Assembly (NCBI GenBank): GCA_963667175.2
Contig: CAXXXF010000013.1
Coordinates: forward strand, 176,705 to 240,704
From: Candidatus Latescibacterota bacterium
GTDB lineage: Bacteria > Latescibacterota > UBA2968 > GCA-2709665
Length of the DNA: 64,000 nt
Direction: 5' to 3'
Program-made: the position numbers and the translations under genes
Part shown: piece by piece, positions 19,040-28,495 of the stretch
How positions within the stretch are numbered: position 1 is the stretch's first letter
Layout of the letters: each line of letters begins with the position of its first letter
Notes under the pieces: generated by a model
Database searches by the model: none
The model's input: only the letters and a program-made list of their open reading frames with translations
What the model was told of the DNA's origin: nothing

Positions 19040-19466
19040 AATTGAGTGCGGGGCCTGTCAGGCGGAAAGTAATCCATCCTGCCGATATCGACTACTGATG
19101 TAGCGGGCTTCTCAGAAGACTCCGTGAAGCCAGCACGGAATCGTCCGCAATTCAACCCAACGGAGAATTGCCCAGGTTGCATTCAGAGTCGGTAGCCGGA
19201 TCCTGCCGGGCCTTGCTGAAGCGATCGAGAAAGGCCGTGATAAAGTGACGGTCCATGTTACATTGGGGTCCAGTGGATTTTCGAAAGGCGGACGCCGATC
19301 TACCGCCAGGGCTATCGAATGAGCACTGAATTTGAAGTCCCACCCAAGAATGCAGCTCGATTCTCGAACCCAATGACCGTCCGGAAAAGACACCGTATCC
19401 GTAACCCGAGATTCAGGCCATTTGGCTGCAAGACCGCAAATCCGATTAACTCTTCAGGAGGACATC

Positions 19467-19739
19467 ATGACACATGCATTGGCTTATCCGGCGGTGACCG
19501 ATGCTGGTCACAAGCTTGTAGCCTGCAACACACTGCAGCGACGGGAAGAATTGCTTGATAATGGACAGATGGGAGAAACTCAGGGTGGTGGTATCTTTAT
19601 ACCATTCCTCATCGTGGCCGCCAAAGCTGCAGCACCCTACGTAGCGACTGGTGTGACTGCTATCGTTGTTGGAGTGACAGTCGCTGAGTTAACGTCCAAA
19701 GACGACAACAAGTGCTGTAGCTGCAGCTGCAAAAAATGA
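19467..19739 (+). CDS. Double-glycine leader precursor peptide 3 (90 aa)
   Basis: AGGAGG SD. Leader ends ELLDNGQMGETQGG; hydrophobic 49-aa core ending KCCSCSCKK. Confidence 0.8.
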   Translation: MTHALAYPAVTDAGHKLVACNTLQRREELLDNGQMGETQGGGIFIPFLIVAAKAAAPYVATGVTAIVVGVTVAELTSKDDNKCCSCSCKK

Positions 19740-19766
19740 GAAGTAAGCACCAGTAGTTCTGAACAT

Positions 19767-19802
19767 GGGATAGGGGCAACTCGCGAAACCTGCTCCTATC
19801 CC
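19767..19802. terminator. Stem-loop after precursor 3 (attenuator, mRNA-stabilising hairpin or reverse-strand terminator)
   Basis: GGGATAGGGGCA...TGCTCCTATCCC 12-bp stem followed by GAAAAA. Confidence 0.5.
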
Positions 19803-19838
19803 GAAAAAGTTCGGTTGATTCAACAGTGGAGGTCCAGA

Positions 19839-20732
19839 ATGAAGTACTCGGTACTCGGTGGGAGATGGAGACGTTTTTTTCTCACGGCTTTGTTATATGC
19901 GTTCTTTTCCGTTGCGCCGGCGATGCTTATTCTCAGATTCGTCTTTAATCTGGACAATTCAGTGCTGTTAGCAATTCTCGTTGGTCAAGCATTTACGTTA
20001 TTAATCCTCCAAAAGACATTCTCCGAGTACGCTGGTAGAATATTGACCTCCGTCTGCAAACTCTATTCACCGAATTTCGGCCAAAAAGAAACCGGTGAAG
20101 ATCAAAAGGTCATGGAAGTGATCTACGACAAGGAAGATATCTACAATTTGTCCTTCTTGATGCTCTGGTTTTTGGGGATGACGATTTTCGTGTTGGGCGC
20201 CTTTCTTCCTTGGGAAATCGAGTTTCGATTTCCCGTCGACGATCTGTTGATTCTGTTGGGAAGTACTGTTGTTTTGTTCGTTATTCACGAAGCACTTCAC
20301 GGTCTTGCAGCAATAACGTGGGGAAAGTTCCCGATTAAATCGCTGCACTTCGGATTCAACATGCGCTTGATCGTGTTTTACTGTCACGCGGACAGGCCCA
20401 TGACGGTGAGCGCTTACCGGATGTTCGCGATCTTGCCGATGATCGTGACCACTCCGGTCGCTGGTCTGATAATATGGTGGGACCCGGCGATCTGGTCGCT
20501 ATTATTCTTCAGCGTCGTATTCTGCGGATGTGCTGGAGATGTGCTCGTCGTTTTCGGAATTCGTGGAGTAGAGAATGACAAATGGATTCAGGATCATCCG
20601 TCGGAAGTCGGATTCTACGTGTTGTCATCCAGAGAGACGCCGATAATACGCGATGATGAACCCTACGAACCAATGCGGAACGACCCGCATTCTTCATCCC
20701 CAACTTCTAAACTTCTACGCATTCTGCGTTGA
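19839..20732 (+). CDS. DUF3267-family membrane zinc metalloprotease with extra N-terminal TM segments
   Basis: IHEALHG (HEXXH), FYCH, GCAGD, DHPSEVG and multiple TM helices. GGAGG SD. Confidence 0.75.
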   Translation: MKYSVLGGRWRRFFLTALLYAFFSVAPAMLILRFVFNLDNSVLLAILVGQAFTLLILQKTFSEYAGRILTSVCKLYSPNFGQKETGEDQKVMEVIYDKEDIYNLSFLMLWFLGMTIFVLGAFLPWEIEFRFPVDDLLILLGSTVVLFVIHEALHGLAAITWGKFPIKSLHFGFNMRLIVFYCHADRPMTVSAYRMFAILPMIVTTPVAGLIIWWDPAIWSLLFFSVVFCGCAGDVLVVFGIRGVENDKWIQDHPSEVGFYVLSSRETPIIRDDEPYEPMRNDPHSSSPTSKLLRILR

Positions 20733-20760
20733 AGTCAAACTGTAAGGCTAAGGTATTCAG

Positions 20761-21603
20761 GTGGCGTACCCAAACCTGAAGCAGGCGATTTGGTTGCTTG
20801 CCTTATTTTTTATTTTTCAAGGGGTTTTAGCAGTGCCTGTAGGTATCGTCGACAGTTGCCTACTTGAAAACGAACTCCTGTGGGGAATTCTGTCGTTCGT
20901 GAGTCTCCTGGTCATTTTGGGTTACGTGACCAGCCGCACCGATCTGGACTGGAAATACCTGCGGCAGCTATTCAGCACAGGTTTCGATTGGCGGGTCTGG
21001 GCCTGCGTTGTAATTACGATCGTTGGCGTGCTTATATTTGACGTTGTTCTGATTGATGCATTGACTCGAATCGTTCCTTTGCCGGAGTGGCTGCACGATA
21101 CCTTTTCTCCGGAGATCGGACGCGAAACACCCATATGGTCAATCTTCGTCACCTCGGTCGTTATTGGGCCGTTTGTGGAAGAGTTGCTTGTCAGGGGTAT
21201 TATCCTGAGCGGCCTGCTGGCACACTACACAAGGGCCTCTGCAATAGTGTGGTCGGCAGTTTTATTTGGTGTTTATCATATCCACCCCTGGCAAGTTGTG
21301 CTGTCCTTTTTTACCGGCCTGGTCTGGGCATGGTGGGTGGTCCGGACCGGGTCCTTGCTTCCCGCGTTATTCGGGCACGCACTGATCAACTTCGTCGCGG
21401 CCACGACTGGGCATCTCCTTAACTCATCGCACCCGGTTTCAGAAGACCTCGATAATGCGTCATTTCTTCCGTGGTGGTTAGGTGTAGCCGGGCTGGCGCT
21501 CGCTACGCTTGGACTGTGGTGGTTTTCCCGGGTTGCAGTACCCGTTCAACACGATTCCGGGGGTGAGACGCTGCATGAAGACGTCGGTACGGATGCAGGA
21601 TAG
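20761..21603 (+). CDS. CPBP (CAAX/Abi) intramembrane metalloprotease, paralog 1
   Basis: EELLVRG, FGVYH and HALIN motifs; hydrophobic. Confidence 0.9.
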   Translation: MAYPNLKQAIWLLALFFIFQGVLAVPVGIVDSCLLENELLWGILSFVSLLVILGYVTSRTDLDWKYLRQLFSTGFDWRVWACVVITIVGVLIFDVVLIDALTRIVPLPEWLHDTFSPEIGRETPIWSIFVTSVVIGPFVEELLVRGIILSGLLAHYTRASAIVWSAVLFGVYHIHPWQVVLSFFTGLVWAWWVVRTGSLLPALFGHALINFVAATTGHLLNSSHPVSEDLDNASFLPWWLGVAGLALATLGLWWFSRVAVPVQHDSGGETLHEDVGTDAG

Positions 21604-21785
21604 CGACTGATGGGCCATGTCCGGCACTGAACGTAGCGGCGTCGATTGCGGGTCCATTGCTACGGCTGAAAACGGTGGATCACGAGCGCCTACATACTAT
21701 ATATAGTAAATACAGAATCGGAAAACAACGTGCGGTAGCCCGTCGGACATTGGTTAAGATCCAGACAATCGAATAAACCTCCAGT

Positions 21786-24700
21786 ATGCGTAAGAGTACA
21801 ATGGACGTTCTCGAGTTCTTTTCACAATCGTCGATTCGGTCGGAAACCGCTCGATTTCCCTTCGGGTCGGTCGTCTTCGATCAAGGGGAGCCCGGCGAAG
21901 CGTTCTACGTCGTCCAATCCGGCCGGTTGCGAGTGATCAGGCGTAATGCGGACGGCGATTCCGAAACGATCGGTTTCCTGTATCCCGGCGACCACTTCGG
22001 TGAGGGAGCGCTGCTGACCGGTCGCGGGCGCCGGGCATCGGTGCGCGCGGTGGAGGATTCAGATGTATTGCGGGTGTCCCGGGACGATTTCGCCAGGTTA
22101 TTGAGAAAAGAACCCGAACTGAAAGCACATCTCCACGATCATGTGGCGAATATCGCGCACAGGAATTTCACCCGATATCTGAAGGGGTCCGTTTCCGGCG
22201 ACGGGACGCGGAGACTGCTCCGTCGTTTGAAGCGGGAGGAGATTGCGAGGGGAGCGACGGTTGCCGGTCCCGGTCACTCGCGAGGGCGGTTCTGCGTGGT
22301 GGGAAGCGGCGAGTTGGTGATGACGTCCGGGGATGGCGGCGACCATCGTCTGGGCGCGGGTCATTTCTACGAGGAAACCGATCACTCCGACGGAGAGACC
22401 CCGGTTGTCCGCAGTTCCCGGGACAGTGTTCTGTTCTACCTGGACGAGAGCGACTTTCGGGTACTTGGCGAAGCGGCCGCCGAGTTGGGGTCGGCGACCG
22501 CCCTGGTGCGCCAATTGCGCGCAGCAGAGAATTCGAACGTGTCACCGTCTCTCGGGACCCGTCCTTCCGAGGCGCGCGCCCTGGTCGAAGCCCGATCGCC
22601 AGATGGGAAAGACGTCACCGACGCGAATGGACCGGCAACCGGAATCGGGAGCGGCGAATCGGAACAGGGCAGAAACCGCGCGCCGTCGTCGTTCCGTTTT
22701 CCATTCCTGAAACAGCACGATCAGTCGGATTGCGGCGCGGCATGTCTGGGGATGATCTGCAAGTATTACAAGATGCCGATCGGGCTGAACCGGCTGCGCG
22801 ATATGTGCAACGTTTCACGCGACGGCACGTCGATGGCGGCGCTGGCCGAGGCGGCGGAGACGCTCGGGTTCGTCACGCGGGGCGTGCGCACGGGTTATGA
22901 AGCGCTGATGCGGACCGGGCTTCCGGCGATTCTGCACTGGAAAGGCAACCATTTTGTGGTGTTGTATGAAATATTCAAAAAGAAGGTGAGAATCGCCGAC
23001 CCCGGCCTGGGTATCCGCACGCTCTCCCGTGAGGAGTTTGAGAAGAGTTGGACCAATATGGCCCTCTTGCTGGAATACACGGATCAGGTGTCCGAGAATG
23101 AACCCTCCAGGTCTTCCTTCAAACGGTTCTTCCCCTTGATCAAACCCTATACGCCCATCCTGATCGAGGTGTTGCTGGCGTCCCTCGTGCTCAGCCTGTT
23201 CGGGCTGGCTTCACCGGTATTCACGCAGACAATCGTGGACCAGGTGCTTGTGCATCATGACAGGGATCTGTTGAACCTGATGCTGGCGGGAATGGTCGTT
23301 GTGGCGCTGTTCCAGATGGGCACGTCGACGTTACGGGCTTATCTGATCGGTTATATCAGCGCGCGTCTCAGCCTGACCATGCTGTCCAGGTTCTACCGGC
23401 ACCTGCTGGGTCTTTCCATGCGGTTCTTCGCGCTCAGGCGCACCGGCGATCTGACCACGCGGTTCAAGGAGAATGCCACAATCCAGCGCCTGTTTACGGA
23501 TACAACCGTGTCCGCGATACTGGACTTCATCATGTTATTCGTCTACCTCGGGCTGATGTTCTATTACAACTGGGAGTTGACGCTCGTGATGTTGATTTTC
23601 GCGCCGCTATCCGTGGGTCTCACGCTGATCTATACGCCGATATTGAAGTCCTTCAGCCAGCGCGCCTTTCTTGCCCGCGCGGAACAATCGTCCGTGCTGA
23701 TCGATTCATTGCACGGCGTCGACGTGGTGAAGGCCGAGGCCGTCGAACGCGTCACCCGCTGGCAATGGGAAGGGAAGTTCACGAAAGAAATCCAGATCGG
23801 GTTCAAGCGTCTGAAGATGGAGATGCTGTTCGGGGCGGGGGGCAGTATGATCAATCTTTTGAGTTCAACCGTGATCCTGTGGTACGGCGCGTCCCTGGTT
23901 ATGGAAGGGGAGTTGTCCGTGGGGCAGTTGATGGCGTTCAACGCGCTCATCGGCAACGTTATGGGACCTGTAATGGGGTTGATCGGCGTCTGGCCGGAAG
24001 TGCAGGAAGCCCGCGTCGCACTGGACAGGCTGAACGACGTGTACGACGCGAAGATGGAGGACGCGCGCCAGCGAGGACAAGGCATGAGACTGAAACGGGT
24101 GAGAGGGCGCGTGGAATTCGACGAGGTGTTTTTCAGGTACGGCGTGGGCTCCGACGAACCCTACGTGTTGAACAATATCAACCTGAATCTCGAACCGGGA
24201 CGCAAAGTCGCAATCGTAGGGCGGAGCGGGGCGGGCAAGACCACGCTGGTGAAGCTGGTGCCGCGCCTGTTCGATCCCTCTGAAGGGCGGGTGACCCTCG
24301 ATGGGGTGGACGTGCGCGACCTGGATCCGCACTGGCTTCGGCGCCAGGTGGGCATGGTGATGCAGGATCCGTTCCTGTTCAGCGGCACGATTTCGGAAAA
24401 CATCGCGGTCGGAGAAGCGGACGCCGATATGGATCGGGTCCTTGAAGTGGCGAGAATGGCCTGTGTACAGGACTTTGTGACCGAGATGCCCCTGGGATTT
24501 GAGACAAGAGTCGGTGAGCAGGGGATCGGATTGTCCGGCGGACAGCGGCAACGGATTGCGATAGCGAGAGCGCTGTACCGTGATCCGGGAATCCTGATCT
24601 TCGACGAAGCCACAAACGCGCTGGATACGGACTCCGAAGGCGCGATCCAGGCCAACCTGGACCTTTTCCTCGAAAACCGCACGGCGATGATCATTGCTCA

Positions 24701-24842
24701 TCGTTTGAGTACCGTGCGGGATGCAGACGTGATTGTCGTGTTGGAAAAGGGCCATATCGTCGACACGGGGACGCATGAAGAACTCATGGATCGCCGCGGC
24801 CTCTACTACCACATGGCCGGCCAGCAGTTGCATATGGCTTGA
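21786..24842 (+). CDS. Peptidase-containing ABC transporter (cNMP-binding domains + C39 peptidase + ABC)
   Basis: cNMP domain (QGEPGEAFYVVQSG...GDHFGE...RRASVRA) plus a degenerate second copy. C39 QHDQSDCGAACL...HFVV...ADP. GRSGAGKT, LSGGQRQR, DEAT and IAHRL. Confidence 0.95.
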   Translation: MRKSTMDVLEFFSQSSIRSETARFPFGSVVFDQGEPGEAFYVVQSGRLRVIRRNADGDSETIGFLYPGDHFGEGALLTGRGRRASVRAVEDSDVLRVSRDDFARLLRKEPELKAHLHDHVANIAHRNFTRYLKGSVSGDGTRRLLRRLKREEIARGATVAGPGHSRGRFCVVGSGELVMTSGDGGDHRLGAGHFYEETDHSDGETPVVRSSRDSVLFYLDESDFRVLGEAAAELGSATALVRQLRAAENSNVSPSLGTRPSEARALVEARSPDGKDVTDANGPATGIGSGESEQGRNRAPSSFRFPFLKQHDQSDCGAACLGMICKYYKMPIGLNRLRDMCNVSRDGTSMAALAEAAETLGFVTRGVRTGYEALMRTGLPAILHWKGNHFVVLYEIFKKKVRIADPGLGIRTLSREEFEKSWTNMALLLEYTDQVSENEPSRSSFKRFFPLIKPYTPILIEVLLASLVLSLFGLASPVFTQTIVDQVLVHHDRDLLNLMLAGMVVVALFQMGTSTLRAYLIGYISARLSLTMLSRFYRHLLGLSMRFFALRRTGDLTTRFKENATIQRLFTDTTVSAILDFIMLFVYLGLMFYYNWELTLVMLIFAPLSVGLTLIYTPILKSFSQRAFLARAEQSSVLIDSLHGVDVVKAEAVERVTRWQWEGKFTKEIQIGFKRLKMEMLFGAGGSMINLLSSTVILWYGASLVMEGELSVGQLMAFNALIGNVMGPVMGLIGVWPEVQEARVALDRLNDVYDAKMEDARQRGQGMRLKRVRGRVEFDEVFFRYGVGSDEPYVLNNINLNLEPGRKVAIVGRSGAGKTTLVKLVPRLFDPSEGRVTLDGVDVRDLDPHWLRRQVGMVMQDPFLFSGTISENIAVGEADADMDRVLEVARMACVQDFVTEMPLGFETRVGEQGIGLSGGQRQRIAIARALYRDPGILIFDEATNALDTDSEGAIQANLDLFLENRTAMIIAHRLSTVRDADVIVVLEKGHIVDTGTHEELMDRRGLYYHMAGQQLHMA

Positions 24843-24869
24843 ACTTCCTGCCTACGAGGCGCCGGTACT

Positions 24870-26270
24870 ATGACGGGACACCCGCCGAAACCCTCACCGG
24901 GCACAACGCCGCCGGTCGTTGCCGGGCAACGGGACGACCCCGCAGAAGACATGCGCGCGTTTATCGGTTCTCTTCGACCGTTTTGGGGTCGGGCGCTGCT
25001 ATATATCGTGCTGCTTTTTGTCGGCATCGCGGTGGTCTGGGCGTGGTGGGGCGAGGTAGACGTGGTCGCGTCAGCGCCATTCAGGCTCGTGCCGCTCGGA
25101 AAAGTGAAGATATTGCAGGCCCGTCGAGGCGGTGAGATCGAATACATCGGAATCGCGGAAGGCGACCACGTCGAAGAAGGCCAACTGCTGTTCAAGCTCA
25201 AATCGTGGGAAACCTGGGGAGACCTGCGTGAACTCGAACAGGCGGAAGTAGCGTTTCAGAAGGCCGAGTACGATTTCCACCAGGTGTTGCCTCAGAAGAC
25301 CGGATTAAACCGGGAGACGATCGCTTCGCTGAAGAAACGGCTTGCCGTTCTGGAGCGGTTTGCGGCAGCACATCAGAATGCCCTGGAGGACTACCAGGCC
25401 GACTCGGGTGACGTCGAGGCCACCGGAAGGAGCCCGTCGGACGGGGAACTGCAGGCGCAAATCAGCTTTCGGCAGGCCGAGATCGACCATCTGAAACAGG
25501 ACTACACGCAGCAGAAAATGCTGTACGAACGCCAATTGATCAGCAGGGCGGAGATCAATCGCGCACGCGTCAGATATCTGAGCGCCCTTGCGGCGCTTCC
25601 CGGACGCATGTCGGAAATCTACAAGAACGAAACGGCGGTCCAGGATCTCAAGCGCCAGATTCTCGAGGCTCGCATCGCCCACGGTCGCGAGGCCGCGCAG
25701 ATAAGGCACGCACACAAGACCGCGCGGCTGAGACTGGATCAGGCGCACAAACGCGTCGATCGCCAGCTTGACGCCGAATCGGACCTGATTCTGGCCCCGG
25801 AGTCCGGAATGGTAACCCGGGTGGAGGTGAATACGCTCGGACAGGTCATCAACAAAGGACAGGCTCTGGTGACACTGGCGCCGGCGTCCGCGCCGATCGT
25901 CGCCGAATTGACTGTTTTGAACAAGGACGTGGGCCTGCTCAAGCCGGGACAGATCGTCAAACTGAAATACGACGCATTCGCGTTCCAGGACTTCGGAATC
26001 AAACGCGGATGGCTCAAGCAGATCTCGCCGGATGCCGTCATCGACGAGACCGTAGGACCGATATTCAAAGGCGTCGTTGAATTGGAGGAGACCACCATGG
26101 CCGTGAAAGGACAGGAAAAGCCGCTCCTCTTCGGCATGAAGGGCACGGCGGAGATCATGACGGACCGTCAGTCGGTCCTTCTGATGCTGCTGAGTCCATT
26201 GCGAAAGCTGTACGAATCCGCAACGTACGACGCCGCGACAATGCCGTCCGTGCGCCGGGGTGAAACGTGA
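24870..26270 (+). CDS. HlyD-family membrane fusion protein
   Basis: N-terminal TM, EGDHVEEGQLL, long coiled coil, ILAPESG, KYDAFAFQDFG and GMKGTAEI. Confidence 0.9.
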   Translation: MTGHPPKPSPGTTPPVVAGQRDDPAEDMRAFIGSLRPFWGRALLYIVLLFVGIAVVWAWWGEVDVVASAPFRLVPLGKVKILQARRGGEIEYIGIAEGDHVEEGQLLFKLKSWETWGDLRELEQAEVAFQKAEYDFHQVLPQKTGLNRETIASLKKRLAVLERFAAAHQNALEDYQADSGDVEATGRSPSDGELQAQISFRQAEIDHLKQDYTQQKMLYERQLISRAEINRARVRYLSALAALPGRMSEIYKNETAVQDLKRQILEARIAHGREAAQIRHAHKTARLRLDQAHKRVDRQLDAESDLILAPESGMVTRVEVNTLGQVINKGQALVTLAPASAPIVAELTVLNKDVGLLKPGQIVKLKYDAFAFQDFGIKRGWLKQISPDAVIDETVGPIFKGVVELEETTMAVKGQEKPLLFGMKGTAEIMTDRQSVLLMLLSPLRKLYESATYDAATMPSVRRGET

Positions 26271-27070
26271 TGCGCCGTGAGGATGAACACGAAGCCACAA
26301 ACGCGGCCGGGACTGCATCGCTGGTTCGGGTCAATGGAATCGACGTGTCCCTGAAGCAGGTCGTGCGACATCTGGGCGTCGCAGACAAGCTCGGATTCCT
26401 CGGTGACTACGCTCGAAGAGAACTGGTGCGGCAACTCGCGGAGAGGGAGGGCATCCACGCGAAGGCTGAGGATATCCAGCGCGACGTGGACGACTGGCGG
26501 TATCGACGGCGCCTGGAACGCGTGGAAGATACGGAAGCCTGGCTCCTGTCCAGAGGCATTACGCTCGGTGACGTCGCCGAAGACGCCCAGGTAAGACGAT
26601 TGGAGCGTATGATGTCCCAAAAAGTCTCGGAGGGAAGGATCGAAGCCTACTTCGCACAGCACACGCTGGATTTCGACGAGGCCGAGGTCTGCTGGATTTT
26701 CCATCAGAATCGTGGCGTCATAGACGAAATCGGATCTCAGACCCGTGAAGAGGGCGCCAATTTCTGCGCATTCGCCCGCGAATTCTCTCAGGATGAGCGC
26801 ACGCGGCCGGCAGGCGGGTTTATGGGGCGGTTGCGGCGAGAGCATTTGCCGAAGGGCATTGCCGCGCGCCTCTTCGCTGCCGCGCCGGGTGAAATCTTCG
26901 GTCCCGAAAAAGCGCCGGGTGGCTTCGCGCTGTATATGCTGCAGAGAAGCTACCCGGCAACGCTGGCCGATCGCGTCATCGACGAGATTCGCGACACATT
27001 GTTCAACCACTGGCTGCACGGGGAGATGCAACGGGCGGACATTCGCTATCCGGTCAGGGAATCAGTATAG
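26270..27070 (+). CDS. PpiC/parvulin-like rotamase-related protein (putative peptide maturation/export accessory)
   Basis: FCAFAREFSQDERTRPAGGFMG...GEIFGP parvulin-like motif with a SurA-like N-terminus. Overlaps the HlyD stop. Confidence 0.75.
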   Translation: MRREDEHEATNAAGTASLVRVNGIDVSLKQVVRHLGVADKLGFLGDYARRELVRQLAEREGIHAKAEDIQRDVDDWRYRRRLERVEDTEAWLLSRGITLGDVAEDAQVRRLERMMSQKVSEGRIEAYFAQHTLDFDEAEVCWIFHQNRGVIDEIGSQTREEGANFCAFAREFSQDERTRPAGGFMGRLRREHLPKGIAARLFAAAPGEIFGPEKAPGGFALYMLQRSYPATLADRVIDEIRDTLFNHWLHGEMQRADIRYPVRESV

Positions 27071-27314
27071 CAGGACTTTCATCATACGCGAAGCGGAAGC
27101 GGTTGATGGGGTAGTTCGACTGTGCCGATCCTTCAGTTCTGAAGGCGCGGCTCTCACTGCAAGGGATGCGCCGGAATGATGAATCCGGGAAGTCCGCCGC
27201 TTGTTACCGGCGCGCGAACCTGGATCTAATGGACAATGAAGAATCGTCTGCGGCGGCAGTGTCCTCCGGATATCTGATTTGCCGGCAAATGACGTTCGAA
27301 TGAGGAGGGAGTAG

Positions 27315-28142
27315 ATGGCCTATCCGAATCTGAAGCAATCCGTTTGGTTGGTGGTCCTGCTTTTGGTAGCAATGAACGCATTGGGGTTGGTGCTTCATTT
27401 CCTCGGCGCCGCGTCGGGCAATGCGACACGGATCTTTTATTACCTGGCATTGATCGCAAATCTGCCCGTTATTGGTCTGTTCGTGCTATACGCGCAACGT
27501 CGATCCGGTCGGCCGTGGTCCGAAGTCCTGCTTTTCAATACAGTGCCGTGGAAAATGTACTTTCCCATTTCCGTCTCGATCGTGGGATTGGGCATTTTCA
27601 TATCCAACCTTGCGAGCTTTGTTCAATATCTGATTCCAATCCCAGAAGAAATACTCGGCATGTTTCTTGATTTAATGGGCAGTAAAACACCATTTGGTCT
27701 TGCGTTTTATGTTCTGGCGATTCAAGCGCCGCTTACCGAGGAGGTCCTCTGCAGAGGCGTTATTCTGGGCGGGTTGTTATCCCACGGAACCCGGGGGCGT
27801 GCCATGCTGTGGTCCGCGTTTCTGTTCGCCGCGCTCCATATGAATCCCTGGCAATTTCCCGGAACATTGATACTGGGTATCGTATTTGCGTGGTGGGTCG
27901 TACATACGGGTTCCTTGGCGCCGGCGTTGTTCGGTCACGCGCTGAACAATTTCCTGTCACTGATAACGGTGCGTATGGAATTATTCCGACCTAACGAGGA
28001 TTGGCATATTGTAGAGTTTCTTCCCTGGTGGCTGTTTGCGAGCGGTATCGTCCTGGCCGTGGCCGGTTTGTGGTGGTTCAAGCAGATGGCGCAGCGCGAA
28101 GCGAAGCCGGTCGTTGCGCCGGAGGACCAGGAGCCCGCCTGA
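27315..28142 (+). CDS. CPBP (CAAX/Abi) intramembrane metalloprotease, paralog 2
   Basis: EEVLCRG, FAALH and HALNN. Shares the MAYPNLKQ start and FLPWWL with paralog 1. Confidence 0.9.
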   Translation: MAYPNLKQSVWLVVLLLVAMNALGLVLHFLGAASGNATRIFYYLALIANLPVIGLFVLYAQRRSGRPWSEVLLFNTVPWKMYFPISVSIVGLGIFISNLASFVQYLIPIPEEILGMFLDLMGSKTPFGLAFYVLAIQAPLTEEVLCRGVILGGLLSHGTRGRAMLWSAFLFAALHMNPWQFPGTLILGIVFAWWVVHTGSLAPALFGHALNNFLSLITVRMELFRPNEDWHIVEFLPWWLFASGIVLAVAGLWWFKQMAQREAKPVVAPEDQEPA

Positions 28143-28495
28143 TGTCACGACCCGTACGAATTCCTGTGTCAGATCTGCCGACCGATAACGTGATCCGTGG
28201 ATCAGGCGAAGCCAGGGGCGGGACGTTCGCCAACAATCCAGGGTTTCGCGAAGCCGCGGGCGGTCGCCCGCGTTTCCGTGCTGACACTTCGAATTCAATT
28301 AAAGTCTTGCAGCATGTGCTGCGTAATGGCTATTATGGAGGCGATCCGTTGGCAAGACCGCCTGCGCCGAGGAAGTACTATCCTTCAGGGCCGGAAGTTC
28401 GGGCTCTTCCCGAAAAAGCGCTCGCCTCATGTGGAATCGGTTCCGCCACACCCTCCCGAAATGCCCGGCCGTGCCGGCGAACGAGTGAATCGGTT

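Noticed and set aside
19128-19322. Open stretch between precursors 2 and 3 (…FRVGSRILPGLAEAIEKG…)
   Set aside because: No good start codon/SD and no leader motif. The faint FKBP-like look is probably chance.
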